Below, in pieces: positions 21,401 through 29,920 of a DNA stretch of 64,000 nt. This DNA is from Planctomycetota bacterium. GTDB lineage: Bacteria; Planctomycetota; GCA-002687715; DRQF01. Position 1 is the stretch's first letter, and every line of letters begins with the position of its first letter. The notes under the pieces are model-generated. The model was not told the origin of the DNA. It searched no databases and saw only the letters and a list, made by a program, of their open reading frames with translations. Location of the stretch: contig JBLINQ010000005.1 of the NCBI GenBank assembly GCA_047639315.1, forward strand, positions 337-64,336, given 5' to 3'. The position numbers were made by a program, and so were the translations under genes.

Positions 21401-22666
21401 TTCTTCCCAGTCTTCTTCCCCTTGGTCTTCGCTTTGTTGCTCGACCACTTCTGCCTGTGCAACTTCCTCTTCGGTTATTGATGGTCCGCTAAAGTGATCG
21501 ATGACGATGAGTAGCATCACCACCATAATCAACCAGAAGATCATTTTCTCCCAGCGTTTCACTTGCCGCGGGCCGAAGGTGCGATCGAGGCGTAGCGACA
21601 AAATCCGATCGGCAATCACAGAACCCATACGACGCACCATGCGTCTTAGCTTTCGATCCGCGCGCTTGCCAGCCTTCGCATTTTCTTCGCCGACCTCATC
21701 GGCTGGCAAAGAGCGAATGCGCTTGGCGACGGCCTTCATGCCGGTGACGAAGTTCTTGCCGTCAGTCTCCAAGCACTGAAGGACTTTGACTTGGCCGATG
21801 GTGCGATCTTCATAGGAATCCATCCGCGCTTGATCGATCTCGCCGGTGACCCAGCGTGACGCTTCAACTGCGATATCGAGTCCGTCTTTGTCCTCGGTCG
21901 TCTTCATGAAGAGGACAAAGAGGTCACGGAGCCGTTCACTTTCACACCGGAGCTCTTGCGCGACCGTTGACAAAGATTCCCGGGCGCCTTCGTGGGCGTT
22001 TTCAATTCCTAATTCAAGATGGAAGGAAGCGCTCGATAGGGATCGTGATAGCCGGAAGACGCGATAGGCGTCTGACAACTCACACTCTTGGATCTGCTTG
22101 GCCGCTTCGAGTTGGTGCTCGGCTTGCGCTTTGAGCACTTCGGCCCGCAACGACATGATTTCGATTTTGGCCGCTCTGATTGTTTCGTTGTCATACAAGA
22201 TGTCTTCGGCGGCGCCGGTATCGACTTCTTCTTCACCATCAAGACCGTTGTCAATGTCGCGCAATTCCTGAATGAGGAATGGCGTTTCGTCGCGCGCTTC
22301 TTTTTCTTCTAACCCGCGAGTCAAACGAAGAAGGAGACGAGCAACGGCTCGCAGCACGGCGCAACGCCGGGCAGTCTCGGCATCATCGGCGTCAGTATCG
22401 CGAAAGAACTCCCGCGCCGATGACTCGAGTTCTTCCAAGCCGAGGGCGAGCTGATCGAGGCAGGCGCCGTCTTCTCCCTTGGGGTGAAAGCCCTCTAAGC
22501 CCTTGGACGCCAGGAGTGCCTTTTCCCAAAGGACAACTGCATCTGACAGCTGGCAACCAACGCGCGCGACATTGCGTAGCTCAACCACAGCCCCATGCAT
22601 GACGGAGAACGTCTCGCGCATCTTGGCTTCCGAATCTCGGAATTCTTGTGGGTTGTTTTGATCCAT
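18404..22666 (-). CDS. 1420-aa multidomain membrane protein containing a voltage-sensor-like (S1-S4) module
   Basis: Uninterrupted ORF. Residues ~371-525 comprise 4 TM helices, the last being RTARLVRVARVLRVLRPIIRLSR with Arg at every third position. Three further TM helices lie at ~734-755, ~769-790 and ~1085-1110. Confidence 0.8.
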   Translation of the reverse strand: MDQNNPQEFRDSEAKMRETFSVMHGAVVELRNVARVGCQLSDAVVLWEKALLASKGLEGFHPKGEDGACLDQLALGLEELESSAREFFRDTDADDAETARRCAVLRAVARLLLRLTRGLEEKEARDETPFLIQELRDIDNGLDGEEEVDTGAAEDILYDNETIRAAKIEIMSLRAEVLKAQAEHQLEAAKQIQECELSDAYRVFRLSRSLSSASFHLELGIENAHEGARESLSTVAQELRCESERLRDLFVLFMKTTEDKDGLDIAVEASRWVTGEIDQARMDSYEDRTIGQVKVLQCLETDGKNFVTGMKAVAKRIRSLPADEVGEENAKAGKRADRKLRRMVRRMGSVIADRILSLRLDRTFGPRQVKRWEKMIFWLIMVVMLLIVIDHFSGPSITEEEVAQAEVVEQQSEDQGEEDWEEIGKGIWSTIGWTVWVDTLICLILLWDFMIRLLLSPSRLAYFRRNFITEFLPSLPFGLLQGLMAVDKLRFIRTARLVRVARVLRVLRPIIRLSRLFLFLARAADRLVERNSWFLNQNIVFATEDEQAESNLTLLSRARNIDSWIAGRTSNVLKGLPVEAQIVGAEWRMGLIEAEFSCHDGGVAAASVKRKHGEERIRDLDVDSVVDNLRGLDDNQVAEIVGVDVARQLTASLSFFRLPFLRHFAFSRFLLGPSGAPDPLWTTARLGRLSGDLLAWVARGIHWFADLYGTITGAQFLDRVGIQLVKATIRPAKRLVIFVVVISVILGMAWLTQVPAFIKGVDSLRDALKFPIIVLGVVCFIPLALGLWLRRIAGQAVDFFDRVSEAQFFALTETAKEVHGDRDVSYLVERVLMPEHKLLVPEEAVAEREVARSALFAVCQKQDNINDEASPLPWSMCDAMMLYYRDFIDGAYFHKNDTKIANILVGNLTLENIRRNRLQFDAKRFKRLDRLDIARDKGGISGPRVWFNFITHSVAQHTARLIIEYNQHCIPVDEYNAADAEDRRIFDAWLARRERISLARRRNEVLTTDESQTTDSSGGTLVYRTTEFNALNFLTKEEKRDNAIRSRFGDDVANLLLEDRENLIRDIFGTFPMHELAKSKRTINPYRFYRKYLARGRVFAFPLILVWLVLCGVRLLIKRIVLIVKDVLNPNDRPLKVSAGRSGFEVARRKIHRMRRPVVMETVRLRALFDVEYLGIAIPGITEDSIRPEDLLVEDLRRLDASERDWQNFREIKTKREQQIRVLSRFLRDQAEAGHQIADDIVARNENLVGREGQAMRVVATAFACDHLGSYSILSAIAELRDVIHRLPKEETRWQRFRLSKKTLAKVEKYWEFIADPETNESMLRILAASLDHGHKVARKHLANLDELLPEGVDPIEHVYGILLEAGERPSSWSEQMIAVRTVQSLGMLDLEGYEQIIRDLGGYTDDESVESKSKVRRHL

Positions 22667-22669
22667 GGT

Positions 22670-24199
22670 TTAGAGCTTTGGCAAGACGTTGGCCGCAATC
22701 AAAAGAACCGTCAAGGAAATCAACAAAATACCGATGAAGTTAATGATCAGGCCGGCCCGAATCATCGATTTGATCGAAATTCGCCCCGAAGCAAAAACAA
22801 TAGCGTTGGGCGGTGTGGCCACAGGCAGCATGAAAGCGCAGGATGCCGACAAAGTCGCGGCGAATGCCAGGAGGCGGCCAAGAGTATCGGTACCAACCTG
22901 CGAGACGATCGGCACCACGACTGAAGTGGTAGCTGTGTTTGATGCAAATTCGGTCATAAACGACATGACCGTTGAAATGACCGGGACAAGAACCGGCGCC
23001 CCCGCACTCTCCAACGACGATAGTGAATTGCCGATCCACGCCGAGAGGCTGAGAATATCGCCTGCCGACGCGCCAATCTGAAATGACTTGGCGATGGCGA
23101 AGCCGCCGCCGAGCAGAAGCAGCATGCCCCAGGGCAGAGACTTGGCCGTATCCCAATCAGCCAGGACAGCCTTGTCAGGACCGGGCCGCCAGATACAGAG
23201 AAGAACGACTCCCAAGATGGCGGCCGCCGAATCTCCAACCCCAGTCTTAGCGCTGGCCACCAGCCAATCTGCGCCCAGATATTCCAGGCCGGAGACCCAA
23301 CCTGGTAGATAAAAAGAACCGAGGGTGAGGTCGCGACGGGTGACCCACAAGAGGACGACCAGCCCAAAGACAGCGGCAACCGCTTTCTCTTGTGTTGATA
23401 GGCCCCCGAGTTTCTTGAGCCGATCGCGCACGAGGTCTCGATCGCCGAAACAGATCTCTCCCGAGGCCTTGCTAAACTCGCGCCGCAACACCAACCAGAC
23501 AATAACCACGAAAATGCAGACAAGCGGAACGCAGATGATCATCCATTCGGCGAATGATGGTTGCCCTGCTCCCTCAAATTCTCGTTGAAAAATGCCGTTG
23601 GGGGCGGTACCGATGGGCGTGCCCATCCCGCCGATATTGGCAGCGTAGGCCACCGAAAGAAGGAGTGCCGTCGTAAACCGCACTCTGGTTTCGTCGTTGA
23701 CGCCACTGCCGCTGAGCTCTTCGCAGAGGGCAATGCAGATCGGCAACATCATCAAGGTTGTCGCGGTGTTGGAAATCCACATTGAGAGGACAGCGACGGC
23801 AACCATGATGCCGAGCATGGTGCGAGCCGGCTGAGTTCCAAATAGCACAATCAGATTGAGAGCGATCCGACGGTGCAATTTCCACTTCTCAATGGTAAGT
23901 GCCATGAAGAAGCCACCGAAGAACAGAAAAGTCAGATCATTGGCGTAGGCACCACTCACGGCATCCGACGGCATGATCCCAAGAAGCGGGAAAAGCAAGA
24001 TCGGCAGAATTGAAGTCACTGGGATCGGCAGAACTTCTGAGACCCAGAGCACAGCCATCAAGGCCGTGACCCCTAGAGCCCGAAATCCTCGCGGATCAAG
24101 ATTCTCTGGGCATTCCACCACCTGCGGCAAGATGAGCAGCGTCAGTCCGAGGCACCACACAAGAACCTTGATCGCTCGATCCCTTGAGATTTTCATCAT
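22670..24199 (-). CDS. DASS/SLC13-family divalent anion:Na+ symporter
   Basis: 509 aa, multi-pass, with duplicated SNTATT motifs (SNTATTLMMLPI and SNTATTSVVVPI). Its stop lies 3 nt before the start of the 1420-aa gene. Confidence 0.8.
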   Translation of the reverse strand: MMKISRDRAIKVLVWCLGLTLLILPQVVECPENLDPRGFRALGVTALMAVLWVSEVLPIPVTSILPILLFPLLGIMPSDAVSGAYANDLTFLFFGGFFMALTIEKWKLHRRIALNLIVLFGTQPARTMLGIMVAVAVLSMWISNTATTLMMLPICIALCEELSGSGVNDETRVRFTTALLLSVAYAANIGGMGTPIGTAPNGIFQREFEGAGQPSFAEWMIICVPLVCIFVVIVWLVLRREFSKASGEICFGDRDLVRDRLKKLGGLSTQEKAVAAVFGLVVLLWVTRRDLTLGSFYLPGWVSGLEYLGADWLVASAKTGVGDSAAAILGVVLLCIWRPGPDKAVLADWDTAKSLPWGMLLLLGGGFAIAKSFQIGASAGDILSLSAWIGNSLSSLESAGAPVLVPVISTVMSFMTEFASNTATTSVVVPIVSQVGTDTLGRLLAFAATLSASCAFMLPVATPPNAIVFASGRISIKSMIRAGLIINFIGILLISLTVLLIAANVLPKL

Positions 24200-24251
24200 C
24201 CGATTTGTGCCCTTGAGCGACCGAAGCGACCGCCTATAATGCCGACCATCA

Positions 24252-24323
24252 GCCAGTGTAGCTCAATGGTAGAGTACAGCTTTCGTAAAGCTGGGGTTGA
24301 GGGTTCGATTCCCTCCACTGGCT
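24252..24323 (+). tRNA. tRNA-Thr (anticodon CGT)
   Basis: The cloverleaf folds by hand. Acceptor GCCAGTG/CACTGGC, anticodon stem CAGCT/AGCTG with loop TTCGTAA, T-arm GAGGG-TTCGATT-CCCTC. No CCA is encoded. Confidence 0.9.
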
Positions 24324-24330
24324 CTGATCG

Positions 24331-24360
24331 GCCTTCACCTAACGGTGAGGGCTTTTTTTT
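24331..24360 (+). terminator. intrinsic terminator after tRNA-Thr
   Basis: GCCTTCACC-TAAC-GGTGAGGGC hairpin (one G-U pair) followed by T8. Confidence 0.8.
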
Positions 24361-24386
24361 GTGCCCATCTTCAGATTTCATGCAGC

Positions 24387-25565
24387 TCAACTTATTTGTC
24401 CCAAACTCACTGGCCACAGAGCACCCGTTGCCGACGGAAGACTTGTGGGATGATCAAAAATACGATCATTGGCCAACATGGCAAAGAGGATCGCTTCCTT
24501 GGCATCAGGATCGTGGCCGTGGTCCATCAAGCTCTCCACCGGAACAGGATCGAAGCGACGGCGTAAATGATGGATGAGAGTTTGATTATGCGTCCCACCG
24601 CCGCTAACGACAACACGGCGAAGCGGGCGTGGAGCAATCCACTCGTCATATCCCTTCTTAACTGCATGAGCGACGAAAACGGTCATGGTGGCTAAGATAT
24701 CAATGAGGTTTCGATGCTTGTTGCGCGCCAGTAAGGAGGCAACCCACTCTTCGCCAAATTCTTCCCGCCCAGTGCTTTTGGGAGGCGGCATCTCCAAAAA
24801 GGGCTGCTTAGTGAATTGTTCGAGCAACAGATTATCGATGGTGCCCATGGAAGCGAGCTTGCCATCACGATCGAAAGACTCTTTGTCATTCGTCAAGATG
24901 CGGGTGAGCTCATTGAGAGGCAAGTTAGCCGGGCCGGTGTCAAAAGCGATCACCTCCTCAGGCGACGCCCCGACATAGCAGACATTGCCAATACCCCCCA
25001 AATTCAAGAGCATTGTCCCTGGCTCTGAGCGAAACAGATGATAGTCAAGAAAAGGCATGATGGGAGCGCCCTGCCCCCCGGCAGCAAGGTCAGCGGCCCG
25101 GAAATTGGACACGACGATCGCCCCGGTTCGCTCGGCAATAATCGCCGGATCACCAAGCTGGACACTCACTCCCCGCTCGACGTCGTGACGGGGCGGTTCA
25201 TGAAACACGGTGACGCCGTGGCTGCCAACAAGATGGATGTCTTGAGCCTTGAGCCCGGATCGGTCCGTGAGGTGACTACAGGCTTCAGCCAACAGCTGGC
25301 CGAGATCACGGTGTAGAAATGCCAAGTCTCTGACTTTGAGGGTCAGGGGGTCAATTAAGAAACGCTTCAAACGAGCTGGCAGCGGAAACATCTCGAAGGC
25401 TTCCAGGCCGAATATCGCCTCAAGCCCGCTCCCTTGCACTTTCAGCAGGGCCGCATCAATTCCATCTAATGAAGTCCCAATGTTGAGGCCAATGACGTGG
25501 CGCTGCTCAAGTTGTCTGATCTCATGGATCCGATCCGTCACATTCGCCTCCCAATGCTCATCCAT
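24387..25565 (-). CDS. anmK: anhydro-N-acetylmuramic acid kinase
   Basis: GLNIGTSLDGIDAALL is the N-terminal signature and the length is typical of the family. The start is ambiguous (25565 or 25595). Confidence 0.8.
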   Translation of the reverse strand: MDEHWEANVTDRIHEIRQLEQRHVIGLNIGTSLDGIDAALLKVQGSGLEAIFGLEAFEMFPLPARLKRFLIDPLTLKVRDLAFLHRDLGQLLAEACSHLTDRSGLKAQDIHLVGSHGVTVFHEPPRHDVERGVSVQLGDPAIIAERTGAIVVSNFRAADLAAGGQGAPIMPFLDYHLFRSEPGTMLLNLGGIGNVCYVGASPEEVIAFDTGPANLPLNELTRILTNDKESFDRDGKLASMGTIDNLLLEQFTKQPFLEMPPPKSTGREEFGEEWVASLLARNKHRNLIDILATMTVFVAHAVKKGYDEWIAPRPLRRVVVSGGGTHNQTLIHHLRRRFDPVPVESLMDHGHDPDAKEAILFAMLANDRIFDHPTSLPSATGALWPVSLGQIS

Positions 25566-25661
25566 TCGCCCTGGTTCAGGGAATAGTCCAATCAACCATT
25601 CTCGGCTTCCCCTTGGGAAGCTATGCTAAACTTCACCATCGAATCCTGAAAGGACTAGCAC

Positions 25662-27014
25662 ATGGCCAAAATCCTCATTGTCGACGACGAAGATTCAGTC
25701 CGGCAATCAGTGAGCATGATTCTACGCTATGCACGCCACGAAGTCGTGGAAGCATCCACAGGGCGAAGGGCCTTAGCTGCTCTCAAGGAACATGAGGACG
25801 TCGTCGCAGTACTGTGTGACGTCAAAATGCCCGAAATGGATGGCTTGGAAGCCCTTTCTCAAGTCACCGAGCTCTATCCTGGTCTTCCCGTGATCATGAT
25901 TTCGGGACATGGAACCATCGATACGGCGGTTGAGGCAACTAAACGGGGCGCCTTTGATTTCTTGGAGAAGCCCCTCGATCAAGACCGCCTCATGCTGTGC
26001 GTTCGCAATGCGCTGGAGCAGGCAGCACTCAAGACCGAGACGAAGAATCTCCGTGGTGAGCTGTCCGACAAGTGGCGCATGCTGGGAGACTCCCTGGCCA
26101 TGAAGGAAATCAAGCAGACCATCGAGCGCATTGGCCCGACAGATGCGCGGGTGCTCGTGACCGGTGACAATGGCACCGGCAAAGAACTGGTAGCCCGCAA
26201 TCTACACGCGTTTTCCTCGCGTATGTCCAAGCCATTCATCGACGTCAATTGCGCTGCGATTCCGAGCGAACTGATTGAAAGCGAGTTGTTTGGCCACGAG
26301 AAAGGTGCCTTCACCGGAGCCGATCGTCAAAAAACGGGACGCTTCGAGCAAGCTGATCAAGGAACACTTTTTCTCGATGAGATTGGTGACATGGCGCAAG
26401 AGGCTCAAGCCAAAGTTCTGCGCGTGCTCGAAACCAATGAAGTTCAACGTGTGGGCAGTGGCGAGAGCATCAAGGTTGATGTTCGGGTCATCGCTGCGAC
26501 CAACAAGAATTTGGAAGAGGAAGTCACCGAAGGCCGGTTCCGCGAAGACCTTTTGTTTCGCCTCAACGTCATCCCCATTCACTTGCCGCCCTTGCGTGAA
26601 CGCCCTGAAGATATTCAGATCCTCTTAGAGAAGTTCACCGTCGAGATTTGCCACAAGTACGATATGCCGCCGAAGAATTTCAGCCCCGAGGCCCAGGAGC
26701 ACATGAAGCGGCTGTCGTGGCCGGGCAACGTCCGTGAACTGAGAAACTTCAGTGAACGGGCGGTCCTGCTCTCATCGGGCGAACAAGAAATTACCTTAGA
26801 GGATTTAGAACGACTCACGACGAAAGCATCAGCTGTCTTCAGTGAGAGCATTTTCGCCATTGGCACGTTTGAAGAATTTAAGGCAACCAGTGAGCGCTTG
26901 TTCTTGCAAAAGAAGCTCGAAGAAAACGAATGGAATATCAAGCGGACTGCTGAATCTCTCGGTATGCAAAGAAGCAACTTGTACAAGAAAATCGATCGAT
27001 ACAATCTCAAATGA
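25662..27014 (+). CDS. sigma-54-dependent response regulator (NtrC family: REC + AAA+ + Fis-type HTH)
   Basis: REC domain (ILIVDDE...CDVKMPEMDG), AAA+ Walker A GDNGTGKE, GAFTGA loop, and a C-terminal HTH (NIKRTAESLGMQRSNLYKKI). Confidence 0.9.
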   Translation: MAKILIVDDEDSVRQSVSMILRYARHEVVEASTGRRALAALKEHEDVVAVLCDVKMPEMDGLEALSQVTELYPGLPVIMISGHGTIDTAVEATKRGAFDFLEKPLDQDRLMLCVRNALEQAALKTETKNLRGELSDKWRMLGDSLAMKEIKQTIERIGPTDARVLVTGDNGTGKELVARNLHAFSSRMSKPFIDVNCAAIPSELIESELFGHEKGAFTGADRQKTGRFEQADQGTLFLDEIGDMAQEAQAKVLRVLETNEVQRVGSGESIKVDVRVIAATNKNLEEEVTEGRFREDLLFRLNVIPIHLPPLRERPEDIQILLEKFTVEICHKYDMPPKNFSPEAQEHMKRLSWPGNVRELRNFSERAVLLSSGEQEITLEDLERLTTKASAVFSESIFAIGTFEEFKATSERLFLQKKLEENEWNIKRTAESLGMQRSNLYKKIDRYNLK

Positions 27015-27646
27015 ACAATCATCGAATCATGACCTTATTGGTCATTGCGACTCTGGCGATGTTGACCTCTTGTGGCACGGCTCCCAAAGAGGAAGAGCCC
27101 GAGAAGCTACCCGAGGCAAAGACCAGCCCATTGGGCATCGATCAACCCGATCCTGTCTTACTGGCCCGCTCTGCCATTGATGCCTATAAACGTGGAAAAG
27201 TCTGGGAGTTCTTTTCTTTCTTTGGCTTTGCTGATGGCAAAACTGGGGTTTACTTCAGTCCAGCCAATGTTGAAGAAGATCCATTCTTTGGCACTCGGAT
27301 CGAGGAACTGCGCCCTTTGGCTCAAAGCCTTTTCCCATTAATGGACACACCTTCGAGCACGATTGAATTCGGCCAACCGATGACAGTGAGAAACCGCCCT
27401 CTCACAGTGGAGGTGCCGTTCTCGGTGGTCTACGATTTCGAGTCTCTCAGTGCCGAAGAGCGCATGAGGGTCCTGACGGAAGTAAACACAGCGTTGGCGA
27501 GCCAAGGACAGCGAACGATCACTTTCGAGGAATACGCCAACAAGGTGCGTGAACTTCCAAATGACTTGAGGCACCGATTCATCTATCAGAAAAAGAGATG
27601 GTATATCGATGGCGGCGTTTGGCGCCCTTATCGAGTCAAGCGATAG
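27011..27646 (+). CDS. hypothetical lipoprotein
   Basis: Lipobox LAMLTSCGT. A 4-nt overlap joins it to the regulator gene. Confidence 0.6.
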   Translation: MNNHRIMTLLVIATLAMLTSCGTAPKEEEPEKLPEAKTSPLGIDQPDPVLLARSAIDAYKRGKVWEFFSFFGFADGKTGVYFSPANVEEDPFFGTRIEELRPLAQSLFPLMDTPSSTIEFGQPMTVRNRPLTVEVPFSVVYDFESLSAEERMRVLTEVNTALASQGQRTITFEEYANKVRELPNDLRHRFIYQKKRWYIDGGVWRPYRVKR

Positions 27647-27665
27647 ACGATCAGCCAACTCAACG

Positions 27666-27699
27666 AAAAAAGGACACCCAACCGGGTGTCCCTTTTTTT
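27666..27699. terminator. bidirectional intrinsic terminator between convergent genes
   Basis: A6-GGACACCC-AACC-GGGTGTCC-C-T7. Confidence 0.8.
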
Positions 27700-27728
27700 G
27701 TTCAATCGATTAGGCCGGGCCGAGTTGA

Positions 27729-28706
27729 TCAAGCCCAGAATTCGGGTTCGCTCACATACCAGACGCCACGTTTCTTGACGAGTTCACGATCCGTCGGGGC
27801 GATTTCATCCGTGATGTCATCTTCCAGAATCCGATAGACCTGTTGAACTCGAGCCAAGAGCGCGTCGGGGAAACGTTCACGAACGCGAGCTTGGGATAAC
27901 TCAAGCGCTTCGGCGAAGCTCAAAGCCGAGAGCCCAAAACCAAAGAACCCGAGCCTTGCTGAAGTGCTCTCGTCAAAACTCAAGTCCAGTTCGAGGTGGA
28001 CCCAGAATGGAGTCAGAGTTCCTTGAGGCACACCTTCATCGGCATTGACCGGAATCATGCCCAAGCTTTCGACCAATGAGAACTTAATGTCGTACTCATC
28101 CATCATTGAGTTTTCTTCGACGACAAGGATGTCACGGTGCTGATGTTCGAAATTTTCGATGCAGGGAATATCGTTGATTTGAGGAAGGCCAAGGTTGGCG
28201 ATCATCTCTTCGACTTCTTCGCGCATCCTCAAACCACATGCGACATAGATGGTGCCGTGCTCTTCGATGAAGACTTCAATGGCTGGCTCTTGTGCGACAG
28301 CTCCAAAACCACAGCGACCGGCTTCGATTAGATACTCACCATAAGTATTCCAAGCCTGTTGAAGTCGGTTGCGTTCGACTGGCTCCGAAGATCGGTAGGC
28401 GTCAGAATCGCGAAAGGCATCGAAAGACAACTCTTCGAAGAGCGCATACACCTCGTTCGGCAGTAATCGTTCCAACATCTTGGCCACGGTGTCAACGACC
28501 AAGTCGGCGGAAAGAAGAATTCGATATTCGTATTGATCGTCGACAAGTTCGTCACCGACGACAAAGCGAGAGTCATACCCCTGAGAAAGATTGACATCAT
28601 CGCCACACGGATAAACACCGATCGGACAGTGAACATCACCAAATGTCTTGCGCCCAAGGCTGCTCCTAATCTTGTAGGGAGCGTGTACCAGGGGTGAGTT
28701 GGGCAT
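27729..28706 (-). CDS. hypothetical acidic protein, no recognisable motif
   Basis: 325-aa ORF with consistent coding appearance. I could not recall any family signature for it. Confidence 0.55.
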   Translation of the reverse strand: MPNSPLVHAPYKIRSSLGRKTFGDVHCPIGVYPCGDDVNLSQGYDSRFVVGDELVDDQYEYRILLSADLVVDTVAKMLERLLPNEVYALFEELSFDAFRDSDAYRSSEPVERNRLQQAWNTYGEYLIEAGRCGFGAVAQEPAIEVFIEEHGTIYVACGLRMREEVEEMIANLGLPQINDIPCIENFEHQHRDILVVEENSMMDEYDIKFSLVESLGMIPVNADEGVPQGTLTPFWVHLELDLSFDESTSARLGFFGFGLSALSFAEALELSQARVRERFPDALLARVQQVYRILEDDITDEIAPTDRELVKKRGVWYVSEPEFWA

Positions 28707-29104
28707 GAAGCGATCCTTCTAAATCTGAATGTTCCCTTTGGCGCAGCGGGTTGATGCAGGCACCAACGTGGATCGCATTATATACGTGGTGAGGGACCTA
28801 ACAAGCATGAGAAGGTTAATAGGAATGGTGTGTTGACGGAACAGTCATCGACGGCTCACGCACTAATGATGTCCCAACGTATTGCCCGCAATGACGTTCG
28901 GTCGCAACCGCTCGAAATGGCCGATACGTGGCCAAATTTGACAAGATCGGCAAAGCGTAACTTTCCAGCACAAGACTCTCTTCGGCCCCCACCATTGCTG
29001 GATGTTGGAAGGTAAAAGGCGGCAAGGACTTAGCAACTTGAGGATGCCTCACCGCAGCGAGGTGAACACCGAGAATACAGTTGAAAGCACCACATTTTGA
29101 AAAT

Positions 29105-29914
29105 TCACAAAGTTAGTGAGACAACCACAGCTGCGATCAGAGTGGTGGCTACCGCGATGCCGATCAAGATCTTGGTCGAGAGAAAGCCCACGGCGGTCCG
29201 CTTGGTCAGACTCGGAATGAGCCTCACTTCTTGACCTAACTCGTCCGCCGCTGGGACGATACATGGATCGACCGGAACGCATTCATAGACTCGGTCTCGG
29301 ATCTTGATGTGCCCACTGAGCCCACGCTTCGACAATTCGGATTCATAACCGCGGTAGTTGCCCAAAACCTGAGCTTTGGCGGCGTGGAGGACATCAATCG
29401 GCCGCTTTGTGGTCATGCCGATCTTGTGCATCTCGGGATTCCATACGGACTTCCGACTCAAGAAGAGACTGCTCCTGTCACTATCAGCGTCGTCGTAAGT
29501 CTGAACTAACAAGGGAAGTTCTTCTGGCTTACGCGACAGGCTCTCGAGTTCGGCCAGAAACTCAAAATAGTGCTTCACTGAATCGTCCGATCCTGGATCT
29601 CGGTCGTCAAGATAGATGATGGCATCAGCAGCTCGGTAGATCAGAACGTCATTTGATGGGGATTGAAGTTCACCCGGCCGAGCCATGACGTCGATCATCA
29701 CCTTCATGCCAAAGAGGCTATCGGCGTCGTCTAAGGGCCACCGAAATCCAACGATTCGGTCGCCACCAGCATGTATGACCGTTAGATTCTCAGCGCCGGC
29801 GTCGAGGAGGCAATCATGCAATTCCCGCACAGTCGCGAACTTGGTCGACTTCTGCTGCCCCGACAAGATGATCCGGAAAATGATTTCCTGGTTGTCGATT
29901 TTGATTTCAACCAT
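29105..29914 (-). CDS. MglA-like small-GTPase-fold protein with degenerate nucleotide motifs and a C-terminal TM anchor
   Basis: It aligns by eye to MglA: EIIFRIILSGQQKSTKF vs KIVYYGPGLCGKTT, DRIVGFRWPL vs DRTLFFDFLPL, LLVQTYDDAD vs VIQYNKRDL. The C-terminal helix is ILIGIAVATTLIAAVVVSL. Confidence 0.6.
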   Translation of the reverse strand: MVEIKIDNQEIIFRIILSGQQKSTKFATVRELHDCLLDAGAENLTVIHAGGDRIVGFRWPLDDADSLFGMKVMIDVMARPGELQSPSNDVLIYRAADAIIYLDDRDPGSDDSVKHYFEFLAELESLSRKPEELPLLVQTYDDADSDRSSLFLSRKSVWNPEMHKIGMTTKRPIDVLHAAKAQVLGNYRGYESELSKRGLSGHIKIRDRVYECVPVDPCIVPAADELGQEVRLIPSLTKRTAVGFLSTKILIGIAVATTLIAAVVVSLTL

Positions 29915-29920
29915 CGGAAA

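Noticed and set aside
22689-23885. Cluster of ORFs on both strands (130, 138, 189, 103 aa and others) overlapping the DASS transporter gene
   Set aside because: All are nested in the transporter gene in alternative frames or antisense, with Arg/Ser/Pro-rich, non-protein-like composition.
24200-24400. tRNA-Thr as an integration site for a genomic island or prophage
   Set aside because: No integrase is present, I saw no direct repeat of the tRNA 3' end nearby, and the flanking genes (DASS transporter, anmK) are housekeeping.
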